Of a stretch of DNA of 64,000 bases, positions 11,763-25,569 are shown one piece after another. The translations under genes were made by a program, and so were the position numbers. The notes under the pieces are model-generated. The model did no database searches. It was not told the origin of the DNA and saw only the letters and a list, made by a program, of their open reading frames with translations. Numbering within the stretch: the first letter of the stretch is position 1; each line of letters starts with the position of its first letter. The stretch is taken from positions 41,354,001 through 41,418,000 of the forward strand of contig OX597829.1 of assembly GCA_951406725.2 (NCBI GenBank), in the 5' to 3' direction. Origin of the DNA: Octopus vulgaris (lineage: Eukaryota).

Positions 11763-12939
11763 GTATATATATATATGTATGTGTGCGTGTGTGTGAAGGC
11801 ACATGGCTCAGTGGTTAGAGCATCAAGTTTATGATCGTGAGGTTGTGAGTTCGAATCCTGGATTTGTCTTCTTGAGAAAGACACTTTATTTCACGTTACT
11901 CCAGTTCACTCAGCTGTAGAAAAGAGTTGCGACGTCACTGGTGTCAAGCTGTATTGGCCTTTGCCTTTTACTTGGATAACAGTAGAGGTGTGGAGAGAGG
12001 GGGCTGGTATGCGTGGGTGACTGCTAGTCTTCCATAAACAACCTTGCCTGGACTTGTGCCTCGGAGGGTATCTTTCTAGGTGCAATCCCAGTCAGTCATG
12101 ACCGAAGGGGATCTCTGTATATATATGCACACACACATATATAATGAACTCTTTTCAGTTACCATCTACCAAATCCACTCATAAGGCTATGGTTGACTTG
12201 GGGTTATAGAAGACACTTGTCCAAAGTGCCATGCAGCAGGACTGAACCTGGGATCATGTGGCTGGGAAGCAAACTTCTTACCACAGCCATGCCTGCACCT
12301 ATAATTTATTAATTCTTTTACCTGTTTCAGTCATGCTGGAGCACTGCCTTAAAGGGTTTTAGTCAAACAAATTGACCCCATGACTTATTAGTAAGCCTAG
12401 TACTTATTCTATCAGTCTCTTTTGCTGAACCTTTAAGTTACAGGGGACGTAAAAACACCAACATTAGTTTTCAAGTGATGGTGGGGGTAGGAGGGTTGGA
12501 CAAACACAGACACAAACATATGTAAATATATATGTGACAGACTTCTTTCAGTTTTTGTGTACCAAATCCAGACAAAGTTTTTTGTTGGTCTGAGGCTATA
12601 GTAGAAGACACTTGCCCAGGGTGCCATGCAGTAGGACTGAACCTGGAACCATGTGGTTTGGGAAGTAAGCTTCTTACTACAACGCCATGCCTGAGCCTAT
12701 CTGCAAATTAATTTGTAAAGCATTCTAATTTTCTTTGTATCAATTAGAATTTATTCCATTATTTTTATGCAACTGTGAAGAAAAATAAAAATAAAAAACC
12801 ATAAATGATATCATTTTGTAATAAATATTTAATTTATTTATCAGAAAATACAAAAAAAAAAAAATTAAAATAAAATAAAAGTAAAAATAAAATAAATAAA
12901 ATAAAATAAATAGCAAAGGGTTTATTTCAATGTTCTGAT

Positions 12940-13830
12940 TTTGACATTTATATAGAAATGTGATAAAAATATACGGGTAGATCTACTTGTGAAATTACCC
13001 AGTGTGATTTTGTGTATACAAAGTTAGGGTTTTCAGAACTGGGGCTTAAGTTTAGGAGCTTACTTGATAGCTTTCAGGTTGATGACAAGAGTTAGAATTA
13101 GGACTAAACTTAAATCATTTCATTGCTGTTGTTAAGTTTTAAGACTGATAGGAAATAGTAATAACAGAATGCATAGCTTATTTCAATAGAGGTGTGATAA
13201 AAAATATATGAGCAAATCTACCCATATTGATTTCTTACGTTGGTAAATAATATACATATATGCAAGGTGTTACAAAGATTTGTCATGTATATTTTGACAT
13301 TTGTATAGAAATGTAATACAAAGGAAAATGAGTGGGTCTTCTCAAGAATTATCCATAAAAGGATTCTACAAACATTAAGAAGGTTTAAGGGTTTATCATG
13401 ATTTGTTTACAAGGAAGCTATAGGGGCCACATGGGTTGACAAAAAAATTTACAAAAACTAGAAAAAAAAAAAAAAACCTGAAAAAACTTCAATGAATCTA
13501 CCCATTAATCTACCTAAAGTGTTACAATACGAGTGGATCTACCCGTGCATCTACCCATTGTGCTTTTTTGTATTTTTTTTTTTTTACATTCGGGTATATA
13601 TGTGTATTGCATAGAAGCACACTATATGCATAGTATCTTTAGACATTTAGACAGAAGTGTAAAAAAAAAAAGTTACGGGTGGATGTACCCGAGGGTTACT
13701 TTGGATAAACTTTACACAGCAGTATATATGTGTTGTATACAATAATGCTAATATGCATGGCACATTGTGACATTTAGATAGAAACTTTTAAGAAATTTAC
13801 AGGTGGATCTGCCTGTGAATCTACGAATGT
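12940..13830. repeat. Degenerate interspersed repeat array, about 6 units, with a palindromic core
   Basis: Recurrent GACATTT...AGAARTGT plus ACGGGTRGATCTACCYGT at about 12942, 13185, 13294, 13528, 13641, 13768. Confidence 0.6.
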
Positions 13831-14803
13831 GGCTTTTAGTACAAGTACAGATAAATACTTTAAACTAATAATGTTTTTGCATGTAGATGAAAAGAACAGA
13901 CGGGCAAAAAAAAAAAAAAAGAAAAAAAAAGCTGTCCATTCTTATACATGTAGAAGTCTGTGTGTGAGACTGATTGACAAAAAAAAAAAAAAAAAACAGA
14001 CGAGGAGCATGTGTGCAATGTATATGTCGGGTATCAAACTTTAATGTATGTATATGTAATATTAGCTTCATGTGTCTTATATGAATATATATTAGCATCA
14101 TGTATGTGTGTTGCTTGAGGACAATTTATACAGGCTTGAGACACACCCTACAGGCATCAGTATCAAGTGTGTACTTGATACACAATATAAATTACTTTGA
14201 TGCTCGGGGCATTCGTTCATAAAGAAAAGTTGTGAAAATAGAACCGGGTTTGTCATAGAAAAATCGTATTAGATCAAATTTGTTGCATGCCATCAAATGA
14301 CACAATAAAAAGTACTATTATTTAAAGAGCACATATATATATGTATATATATATGGACAGGACAGTGGGTTTAGTAGTTAAAATACTAAACATGGAGCCA
14401 TTAGATTTTGTTCCAGGTTTGACTTTTGTCAGGGTTGACATGGCTACTGTTTTTTTTTGTTTTGTTTTTTTTCTGCACTCAATAAAATAAGTAACAGTAA
14501 CTGTAACATAATAAACATTCAAAGTGAATGAGGTTACGACAGACATCAATTGATAAAAATGTCAATTAAAAAAACAGAAGAGGCTTCGAGTTTCCGAGTC
14601 TCCCCTTCCTTACTGTGTAAGCTACACGTCGTAAAGTGATGCAGCGTGATGCTTCAAACTCATATCGCTATTGATGTGAAAAAAAAAAAAAAAAAAGCCA
14701 TATGTTCTAATTAAAGCATGTACAACATGTATCGCATTAAATAATGGTAAAGGCATGTCCTTCATTAAAATCCAGCATTAGATAGGAAATCTTTGTTGGA
14801 GAG

Positions 14804-14836
<33 letters not shown>

Positions 14837-17107
14837 GACCAGTTCTACTTTTTTTAAAGCAAAACCGAGGCAAAAATTTTCAAGTCTTGTAAACCCTCAT
14901 CATTTTAGTGATTGCTGTTCTCATGCAGATATAAATTAGATGACCATAATCTCTCTCTCGATACACCAACACACACATATATACATATTACATCCTCCTT
15001 TGATGCAAGATCTTTACATTCATTACTCCTAATATCTCTTTCATTCAGCCATCACACCGTAATTGCTTATCTTCCAATAATACAATACGAACCAATCAAA
15101 CAAACACTGGATACTATATGATGATTATTATTGAAGGCTATCTATTACACAAGAAATGTGCATTGGTTAAAAAGTGTTTGACTTTGCAACCACGTTGTTC
15201 TGCGTTCAAACATACTGCATGAGATCTTGTGCAAGTGTCTTCTATTAAAGACTTGAGTTGACTAGTTCCTTATTACTGGTATTTGGTAGACTATGCAGAC
15301 ACTTCTCTACAAGTCTAAAATTTGATTATGCTCACATTATGTTCCTTCAGTTCTTGTAACATAAATGACTCGAGAAGCAAAGATCGATAAAATAAATACC
15401 AAATTCAAACAAGTACTGGGGTTAATTACAATTACTAAACCTTTGAAGATGGTGCTTCAGCATGGCCACAATCAGTTTACTAACCAAAACCAGTACAAGA
15501 ATAAGGTTAGAAGAAAACAAAAAAAAAAAGGACTTCTAAATGTTATACTGAACTGTCAGATGAAAATAAATGAACAGTATTTGTACCAAGAACATATGTA
15601 AGAATGATTGTGAAAAATTATAAAAGATAAAGGAAAATATGATTCGATATTTGGCTGTTGCCATTCAATTCTTGTTCACAGAAGCTACTTTAGGGTGCTT
15701 TGAACATCCTTTCTTTAAACCCTCATTTCCATCTACTTTTGTTACCATTTATAAGCTCTTGTGAATTTTTTGTTTTTTTGTTGGACCGTTTTTAATTTTC
15801 CTTAGATTTCTCCATTAGCCTTTTTTGATACTTAATCTACCCAAGACCACTTTTGGTTCTATGATACAAACTTCTTATTGTAAAATGGTCTAAAATTAAA
15901 ACCTAATATCAAAAAATTTCATATTGATTTATGTTTCAAACAGCAGTTTAATGACAAAAATTATTTTATCAAAATTCATTTCGAAACTGAAACAAAAAAA
16001 AAAACCAAAAAAAAAAAACCAGTATACTTCAACTAAAAGCAAAGGTTAAATAAACTATGAACACCCTCAAATTCCTTACCATTCTCTTTGCATAAATACT
16101 TCTAGCCATCCTTCAGATTCACATTCATCTAGCAGACCAGTATTATAATTATTACATTTTTTTTCTCCCATTTCACTACCACACTCGTCATCTATTCTAA
16201 CTTCCATACATATGGAGGGGAGAGAAAGAGTCGTCATCATCAAAAGCAAAAGTTTCTGAGTCATAAAAATTCAAACCCATCAAATCTCAGCTTCCACTGG
16301 CTATCTATTTCTAAATAGTTATCTATCCAATCAACAGTTGGTCTACTTAGGGCTTTCATAATCCCTACCACAACTTTTTCACTTTGCTTTAATGCAATTT
16401 TCCACCAGCCACTCAGAAGTAGTAAAAACTGGGGTATTTTTTACCTGTTATATTGCAAATATTCGGGATAGGTAGCTGATAAAGAGATCAGAGAAACAAT
16501 AAACATTTCTTAAGATGTTTTCAATGTCTTCCCATCTAAACGTCATAACAAAAATATTCAAGAGTCAGTGACTCAAATCATATGTCCCTAACCTGATATT
16601 GGCACACATAAAAAAAAAAAAAACAAAACGAAGGAAAAAGGTCTTCAAAATAAAGATACAAGCCAAGACTGCTGTTTCATATCAGTTAGGAATATCAGGA
16701 CATTTACACCTAGACTCGAAATGAACCATTCAGAAACCTCACAGTCAGACAATCAATCTACACACAGGGTACTGTTGACAACCACCCAACTTTCACCTTT
16801 CTACAGAATCAATAGTAGACATTTGCAAACCATCAACCACAACCAGTCATCCCCTCTCTCTCTCTCTCTCATCCAACTAACCACCATCTTATATTGGGTC
16901 TCTTAGATTCAAGTACGTTAAACAACCTCATTTTCTGAACTTTTGTATGTTAGGAAAAAAAAAAAAAAAATTTTTTTTTAAATGTAATCAGGAGATATTG
17001 TTTTGAACCACACCCTATCAAGAACTTGATATTTTCACACCATACAGCCACATATGTACCAATGCAAGTATGAGTGGTTGTCTTGTCCTTTCACACTGGT
17101 ACGCCGT

Positions 17108-17302
17108 TCACGAGTCTAGCAACAGTGGTTCAGCTGGGAGACAGCCACTGAAGTAGTCGTCCAAGAAACTTGCAGCTACTTCAGAGGTGATCGTCGTTTC
17201 AGAACATACAAACAGTTTCTCTTCAGGACAGTCTGTGATCACTAAAAGGGGGTTTCGATCTTCAAGTGCAGCATAGTCACGGAAGAAATCACATATTTCA
17301 TC
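17108..17302 (-). CDS. NXN: Nucleoredoxin last coding exon (DEICDFFRDYAALEDRNPLLVITD...LPAEPLLLDS*)
   Basis: Acceptor TTGCAG|GAT; TGA at 17108-17110; similar to the NXN C-terminal PDI b'-like domain. Exon lengths sum to 1464 nt = 487 aa + stop. Confidence 0.9.
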   Translation of the reverse strand, partial: DEICDFFRDYAALEDRNPLLVITDCPEEKLFVCSETTITSEVAASFLDDYFSGCLPAEPLLLDS

Positions 17303-17855
17303 CTGCAATCAAAAATGAATACAAAATTAACAAGTGGTATAGTGAAAATGAGGCTCTAAAGGCATGCTGCTTCCATCCATGCCCCCTCCCAATCTATTTT
17401 GGTCAAATCTCTCCAACAACACATCTTCCTAACCTCCACCTAGCCTCTATCTCCCTTGTGAACTTCCTATCCAGTTCTCTACCAACTCAGTTATATTCAC
17501 CCACTGTACATTAATAGTAGTGAAGGTGCACAGCTCAGTGGTTACAGCATCAGGCTTACAATCGTAAGGTTTTGAATTCAATTCCTGAGCCAGGCCTTGT
17601 GCTATGCTCTTGAGCAAGACACTTTATTTCACTTTGCTCCATTCACTAAGCGGCAACACTGATGCCAAGCTGTATCAGCCTTTGCCTTTCCCTTGGGTAA
17701 CATCAGTGGCATAGAGAGGGGAGACTCGTATGCGTGGATAACTGCTTGTCATCCACAAAAAACCAGGCTCAGACTTGTGCCTCAAAGGGGGTCTTTATCG
17801 TTTTTACCTTGATGGTATACCCCAACACATTTCCTTCATTATTTTTTCTCTCCCA

Positions 17856-18072
17856 GGCAGTGAGCTGGCAGAAACGTTAGCACGCCGGGCGAAATGCGTA
17901 GCTGTATTTCGTCTGCCGTTACGTTCTGAGTTCAAATTCCGCCGAGGTCGACTTTGCCTTTCATCCTTTCAGGGTCGATAAATTAAGTACCAGTTACGCA
18001 CTGGGGTCGATGTAATCGACTTAATCCGTTTGTCCCCCTGTGTTTAGCCCCTTGTGGGTAGTAAAGAAATAT
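17856..18072 (+). mobile_element. SINE family C (about 230 bp)
   Basis: GAGCTGGCAGAAACGTTAGC...GAGTTCAAATTCC...GGTCGACTTTGCCTTTCATCCTTTC...GTAAAGAAATA. Copies at about 19908-20365, 30726-30925, 44062-44283(-), 45022-45252(-), 46497-46718(-), 53068-53231(-), 55828-56038(-). Confidence 0.85.
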
Positions 18073-18619
18073 ATCTTTTCTCTCCCCTCACCTTTTTTCC
18101 AACTGGTAAAGCCATTCATCTCCTCTACAGCAAGACACCTTTTCTTATCCTTCAATTCATACTCTAACCTCTCATTACTTGGCAGAGTTGCTTCCCTCAA
18201 TACAACTCACCCACTCACATGAGGTCCTTGTCTTGCAAGTTACTTGGTTACTTCACTGCTGCTGGCGCCAGATGAAAAGCACCTAGTACATCCTGTAAAG
18301 TGGTTGGCATTAGAAAGAACACTCGGCCACAGAAACTATGCCAAAGCAGACAGCAGAACTTGGTACAATTGTCTGGCTTGTAAGTTCCTATCAAACCATC
18401 CATCCAACTTATGCCATCATGGAAAATGGATGTTAAATGATGATAATGATGTAGCATCATCTTGTGATAGCATTTGTTCACATAAATATTTCTATATATT
18501 TTTTTACCAATGTGTGCTATGACAATGGATAAAAAAACAACAACTCTAAATTCAAATATCTTTTTTAGATGCCTCCTCTACAGCAGTTATAATTTGTACT
18601 AACCTCACTGACACTAGTC

Positions 18620-18847
18620 TTAATCCTTTAGTTACCAACCCGGCTGAAACCGGCTCTGGCTCTGGATACAAATGTCTTCTTTTCATAAGTCTTGAATAAA
18701 AATCTTCCACCAAACCTTAGTCACAATTTATGTTCCTAACACTAGCTGAATGATAACTAAGTTATTTTACTAAATTCTTTGTTACATTTAAAGTAATTGA
18801 AAGAAACACAGAACATCTCAAAATAAATACGGTAATGAAAGGGTTAA
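18620..18847 (+). mobile_element. piggyBac-type MITE (same family as 31956)
   Basis: TTAA-flanked and near-identical to 31956-32176. Confidence 0.85.
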
Positions 18848-20073
18848 ATATGACAGGTCTTAATTTACGGTTGAGTGGCTACAATTAAGAGAGAGCAGTC
18901 AGCTATAAGCATATGCATAAATTGTTAATATAATCTAGTGATTTACTGAACAAGCAAACAAACCAGGCTTTTGTAGGGAAAAACTGGGTTTGAAGACATT
19001 AAAAATACATAATATACAAATTGCAGGTGTATGAGGCTGTGAATGACTCATAACATGATAATGAGTTCAAACATGATTGTTACAGCAATTTATAGGTGCA
19101 GGCACGATCAGGAAATTTTCTTTGTAACTATGAGGCCGCAGGATCTATCTCACTGTACAGCAGCTCGGGTGTCTGGTACCATAGCCTTGGATCAGCCAGC
19201 ATTCCTGATCTTAAGTAGTACACTTAATCCATCACTTAATTTGCTGCTGCCACTGGCACCTGGCTCTAGGGTAGCATTAACTCAAAGTCCAATATCACAA
19301 CATGGAATTTATGCAGGGATACATCAATTCTGAGTGGCAGTGGGCTAATCACATAGTTGATTCTTATATCAATGGTTTTGTTAATGAATGGTAAGGAATG
19401 AAAATAAAACATATATTTAAATGTAGAGTTTCAACTTCTAGTGTGTTTATGAGAGTAGTGTAATTATTGTCCATCCACCCACTATTCCTGGAAGGGCCAT
19501 AAAGGTAGCATCCTCAGGCACCTCCTTTATAGGGTCCAGTCAGAAGCAACCATCATTACACTTTACCAAGTACAATTAACTGAGACTATCAAACCATCTC
19601 ATTCTTGGTCTATCTTTGTTTTTTGCCAGTTGGCTCAGCATGAAAAATCAGTCTTGTGATTTTTTCCTGTGACATTCTAATAAGAGTAAATAATGGTAAC
19701 TGTTAGTGTATAGGCATTACAAAATCTTTGATTGCAGATGAATGCATATCTTGGAATGCTTTTCTAATGAAAGTTGTACAATTTCCAAGTTACAGAGACA
19801 AACAAAAGCACAAATTCATTCCTGAGATAGGAAATTAATGTCTAAGAGTCAACATCTTGTAAATATGTGAAAACATGTAATCAACTTAATTATATTCAAT
19901 CTAAAGAAGGCGGCAAGCTGGCAGAAACGTTAGCATGCTGGGCGAGATGCTTAGGAGTATTTTGTCTGCCATTACGTTCTGAGTTCAAATTCCGCCAAGG
20001 TCGATTTTGCCTTTCATCCTTTCGGGGTTGATTAAATAAGTACCAGTTACGCATTGGGGTCAATGTAATCGAC

Positions 20074-20303
20074 TTAACCCTTTCATTACCAGATTCATTT
20101 TGAGATGCTCTGTGTTTCTTTCAATTAATTGTAAATATAGCAAAGAATTTAGTAAAATAACTTACTCATCATTCAGCTACTGTTAGGATCATGAATTGTG
20201 ACTAAGGTTTGGTGATATATTTTAATGAAAAACTTATGAAAACAAGACATTTATACTACAGAGCCAGAGCCGGTTTTGGCCTGGTTAGTATCAAAAGGGT
20301 TAA
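20074..20303 (-). mobile_element. piggyBac-type MITE inserted at a TTAA inside a SINE
   Basis: Reverse orientation; TTAA duplicated on both sides within SINE family C. Confidence 0.85.
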
Positions 20304-21407
20304 TCCCTTTGTCTGTCTTTGTTTGTCCCCTCTATGTTTAGCCCCTTGTGGGCAGTAAAGTAATATATATTCAATCTATCTTTGGGCATGTGAAAGTAAC
20401 ATGAAAACAAATAAAAACCACATTTACAATATACATCAACAATCATTTCATCATATCATCAAATTTCACCTAAATTTATACAATAATCAAATTTTCATGA
20501 TTGTTATTCAGGTGTAGCTATGTGCTAACAAGGTTGCTTCTCTATAATATGCTTTCATGTTTAGTTCAACTGTACGGCACCCAGCACACAATGGCCCTAG
20601 GTGTATTCTGTTATAACCTTTGGTCAATCAAAGCATTGTGAATAGGTTTGGTAGACAGAAACTGGAAGAAGCCCACACAGTATGTGAGTGTATGTATGTG
20701 TATTACTTGACAGCCTCCCTGCCTTGACATTGCATGGTAGATGTAAAAAAGGTGTCACTGTCATACAAGCGGTATCCTTCATTTGTTCCATGAAAACAGG
20801 TGAGGGCATCCATCTGTGGAAAATCTGCCTCAACAAGTTTTGTCTAATCCATGCAAGCACGGAAAAGTGGACGTGAAAACCATGATGCATTTCATCAAAA
20901 TCTCCAGTTTTTTAACAGGAGACATATATAAAGTAATTCAGGAATTTAAGAATTAATGGAATCCCATCAAAAGTATTCAAGCCTGGTCTCTGGTTTGAGA
21001 CAATTTTCTCCTATCAGTCTGGGAGACCAGAAAAGAGTCATAAGTGCTGCCCTTTCTTCCTGATTAAGCAATTAAAAAAAAAAAAAAAATGTTTTAGGCA
21101 TCATTGGACAAGGTACATAACTCTGCTTACTTTAATTTACAAACCAACAGATTCCACCCTCAACCTCACAGTAGGAAGGATAATTTTAAACAAAAATCAT
21201 CCTAAATGGACACGAAAGGCAAAATAGAAATATAGTATATGTTGGTAAAAGCATCATCGTTTTTGTATCCATTTTTGTCTGCTGGCATGAATTGGATGAA
21301 ACCTATTCAACCATTAGTATATGGGTGGATACTGTTTTTGATACCAAATACTTTACTACTGTCTGTATAATAAAGCCAAATGTGTGTGTGTGTGTGTGCA
21401 TTTGTAT

Positions 21408-21445
<38 letters not shown>

Positions 21446-21459
21446 CCTTTGATATTTAC

Positions 21460-21566
21460 CTCACCCCCATAAAAAAATAACAGCCGCTGATCCTCTCTCT
21501 GGTGTTCTTTTTCTGCTAAATCCTGAAGAATGTTACGGGCTGATTCCATCTCTTTTTTGTTGCCAT
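21460..21566 (-). CDS. NXN: Nucleoredoxin coding exon 6 (DGNKKEMESARNILQDLAEKEHQREDQRLLFFYGGE)
   Basis: Acceptor TTTTTTGCAG|AT and donor GAG|GTAAAT; 107 nt, phase 1/0; resembles the vertebrate LLFFVAGE exon. Confidence 0.9.
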
Positions 21567-21999
21567 CTGCAAAAAAATGGAAGAAAACAGTATTTCGTTA
21601 GACTGGACAATAAATGGAAAAAGCAAAAAAAAAAAAAAAAAACCCTGTTTTTGTTAAAGCAACAGAATCATAATTCCTATCCATTTCTCTGTTTCCCTCA
21701 TCATCAGTCTTCACAAACCTACCTGTATTGCATCTCTGGCATTTAATGAATAACAGAATTGTGTTCTCTTTTATTCTAATTTCAACATCCACTTATATGG
21801 AGTAAAAATACAATTTGTCAAAGTGGATTTTCTACAAATGGATGCCCTTCCTGTTGCCAACCTTCACTTGTATCCAAGTGTGTAATGTTTCCTCTTGATC
21901 AGATATATTTTCTCAGCATACTCGAAATGAAGGTCACCGCTTGCATGACAATGACACTTGCTTTACAATTCTCACATGGCAAAGCAGGGAGACAGCAAT

Positions 22000-22034
<35 letters not shown>

Positions 22035-23768
22035 CAAGTTTATTTCAGTTTTCATCAATCAAATCACTAAGAAGGCTTTGGTCAGCACAGGGTTATAGCA
22101 GATGACACTTGACCAAGGTGTGAGGCAGTGGGAATAAAACCCAGAACCATGTAGTTGGGGGAGCCTACTTCCTTCACCTGCACTTCCCAGTTTTAAAATA
22201 TCATCATCTTCCGTTTTTGCTTCCTGGTCTTGCCACTTGTCAGTTTTCTCATCTCTTGAAACACATAAAAAAAAAAGTCAGGCTTTGTTGTTGTAAATGC
22301 TATTCCTTTATGACAAAGTTTTTACAGCTGGCTGCCATTCTTATTGCTAACCACTCTCACGTACATACCAGGAGTATTTTAGTGTAACCAAAATAGAATA
22401 TTACTAGTGGGACCCATATAAATTCCACAGAATGAAAAAAATTAAAAGAAACTATTTAAGAAAAGATGATTTGCATTTTTATTTTGCTAAGTTATTTCAC
22501 TTCCAGTCACAATAATATGATTTAAAAATTTCCCTCTGCTAAGCACTTTATATTTCTTTTTCTTTCTACCACATCAACAAACTTTTTAACTATGTAATTC
22601 CCTTTTTCATGTCTTTAACATTTCCCTTTCTCTCCACCTCTCACTTCCACTAACCGCATGAGTGACAGCATAATGCATCGGCTGGCTATCTGCTCTCTCA
22701 TTCACTCCATCTCCTCCTCTCTAACAAGCTAAAGTGTAAGGTGTGAACAAACAGGTAGAAATATAATATTAAAGATTTAGTTCAATAAAAAAAAAATTCT
22801 TTTCACTCTAGTTTTCAGTGACAAAGCTCATTTTATTTCCTTGTAGATGTATCTCTACTCTGACAATACAAACGCTATCTGTCTGTCTCTTAATGTAACT
22901 GCCTCCCCTGCTCATCTCTCTTTATCTGCTTTTCTTTAACCTCACCCTCTATTAAATATTGTATCCTAAACATATCACTTTCTCTTTTACCTTTTCCTCC
23001 CCACCCAACAGTATGTTGTTAACTCTTTTCTCTCTCTTCACATCTCCCTTTAACTTACCATGTAACACATTTGGCCTTATGATACATCTTTCTCTACTTT
23101 TTCCTCACTTCTTTCTTCTCTACTCACCCTCCCATCTCTCACTTTTACTCCACTTCCCTTACTAACTAAAGTATAATGGGTGAACAAACAGTAGATTATT
23201 ACACAGATGATGTAATAATTGATGTGATTAGTATCCCACAAGCATCATTTCATTTCAGCAGATGCAGTTATATGAAAAAAGCAGTCATGGTTGTGTGGTA
23301 AGAAGCAGGCTCTTCCAACTGCATGGTTCTGGGTTCAGTCGCATTGTGTGACACATTGTCCAAGCTTTTTCTGCTATAGTCTGAGGTCAACCAATGCAAT
23401 GAGTAGATTTTGTAGAAGGAAACTGAAAGAAGCCTAATGTGTATGTGTTTGTCATATTTGTTTGTTCCCTCACCCCTATCATGTGATGACTGGTCTAGGT
23501 TTGTTTATGTCCCTATAACTTAGCAGATTGGCAGAAAAGGTTGACAGAACAAGTGCCAGACTTAAAAAAATAAGTACTGGCGTTGAAATTTTTTCAATTA
23601 AACCATTTAAGGTGGTGCCCCAGTATGGCCTCAATACAATGACTGAAACAGGTAAAAAATAAAACGATAATCTTTATGGTGTGTGACACACATACACATG
23701 GAAAATTGCTTTTAATCTTACAGATTCAACAGAATAACATGATGTCCTCAACACCAATCACTGCTTAC

Positions 23769-23859
23769 CAGTTAATAAAATTAGGCATGGACCTTCATTC
23801 AGCGAAGCAGCTGTTGTGTCAGTCAGTTCATTTAGTGCTTTCACATACCAAGGAAAATC
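23769..23859 (-). CDS. NXN: Nucleoredoxin coding exon 5 (DFPWYVKALNELTDTTAASLNEGPCLILLT)
   Basis: Acceptor TTTTTAAAG|GAT and donor G|GTAAGC; 91 nt; matches the NXN FPW...LNEGPCL motif. Confidence 0.92.
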
Positions 23860-24097
23860 CTTTAAAAAGAAAAGTACATGTTTTTAAAAAAAACCCAGCA
23901 AATCGAGAGAAAAATATGAGCCCCACCCCTTTATTAATAAACACAAATTAGAGACAGACACAAATTAGTGGTATAAAAAAAAAGTAAGATTAAACAAAAT
24001 ATAGGAGAGACATAAAAGTTCTGAGTTATAACTATAAAATCACTAGACTTGGATGTTGTTATACACTGCTGGTCACAATGAGCTTCCTTACATTGTT

Positions 24098-24762
24098 CAT
24101 CATCATCATCGTTTAACGTCCGCTTTCCATGATAGCATGGGTTGGATGGTTTCACTGAGGGCTGGCGAACCAGATGGCTGCACCAGGTTCCAATCTTGAT
24201 CTGGCAGAGTTTCTACAGCTGGATGCCCTTCCTAACGCCAACCACTCCGAGTGTAGTGGGTGCTTTTACGTGCCAGTCAGGCGGTACTGGCAACGACCTC
24301 GCTTGAATCTTTTCACACATGCCAACTGCACAGGTGCCAGTAAGGCGATGCTGGTAACGATCCTGCTCGAATGGTGCTTCCTACATGCCACCGGCACAGA
24401 AGCCAGTTAGCCGCTCTGGCAATGATCACGCTCTTAGCATCCTACTAGCACGGGGCACAATTGCCAGTAAGGCGAAGCGGGTAACGATCACATTCGAATG
24501 GTGCCTTTTAAGTGCCACTGGCACGGAAGCCAGTTAGCCACTCTGTCAACGATCACGCTCGACTGGTGCTCGTGCCTGTCATCGAATTTCACTTGCCTCG
24601 ATAGGTCTTCGCAAGCAGAGTTTAGTGTCCAAAGAAGGAAAAGGTACGCATAAGTGGGTTGGTTATGCCCCTGGCACAGGCCATGAGGTTATGGTCTCAT
24701 TTGGCTTGCCGGGTCTTCTCAAGCACAGCATATTTCCAAAGGTCTCGGTCACTAGTCATTTC
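24098..24762 (-). mobile_element. RTE-type LINE 3' end (ORF terminus, repetitive 3' UTR, (GAT)n tail)
   Basis: EMTSDRDLWKYAVLEKTRQAK* then tandem GTGCCACCGGCAC-type units and GTTAAACGATGATG. Shorter tails at about 2204-2630, 3919-4045, 4829-5010, 5360-5563, 18200-18450, 25239-25432, 26089-26437, 29230-29595, 31278-31416, 33625-33795, 36405-36810, 52235-52510. Confidence 0.75.
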
Positions 24763-25569
24763 TTTGGTGGTAGCTTTCAAATGATGTCACCCCACTGGCT
24801 AGGGAGGCTGACCAACGTTCTCTCTGAACAGAATGCCAGTCCATCACAGAGTTAACCATTAAAAGATGAGTGGACTGGGGCAAGATGAAATGAAGAGTTT
24901 TGCTCTAAATGATACCACTCCATTGGCTCAGCAGGAATGAGGACCAACATTATGCCTGAGCAGAACGCCAAACCATAACAAGGTTACCCATTCACAGTTG
25001 AGTGGACTGGAGCGACATAAAGTGTTTTGCTCAAGGACACAACACACTGCTGGCCTGGCAATTGAAACCTCATTTCACAATTGTGCATATGACACCCTAA
25101 GCACTAGGCCGTATACCTACTATAAAATATGAGATAATGACAAAGAAATGTTGGACTCATATGAAACTAGAGAAAACGGTGGTAGTAGCAGTGGAAAGAT
25201 TACAATAATGATATTTAGCACCTCACTGAACAGACCCATCATCATCGTCGTTGTTTAACGTCTGCTTTCCATGCTAGCACGGGTTGGACGATTTTGACTG
25301 AGGGCTGGCAAACCAGATGGCTGAACCAGGCTCCAATCCTGATTTGGCAGAGTTTCTACAGCTGGATGCCCTTCCTAACGCCAACCACACCGAGAGTGTA
25401 GTGGGTGCTTTTTACGTGCCACCGGCACGGGGATGATCATATATTTCCGTCATACCCTAGCACTTCTTTATGCAAGAATCCTGAGTACATTATCTAATAT
25501 TTCCTTTCCTTAATCCTTCTACCATGAAAATTTGAAATAATATATATATAGAAGAGCTGAACTCTTAAT

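Noticed and set aside
12940-13830. CRISPR-like appearance (palindromic repeats with spacers)
   Set aside because: Repeats are degenerate, spacing is irregular, there are no cas genes, and the context is eukaryotic
17020-17110. NXN TGA as selenocysteine or readthrough
   Set aside because: It falls at the normal NXN C-terminus, has no redox-motif context, and the downstream frame has no recognisable similarity
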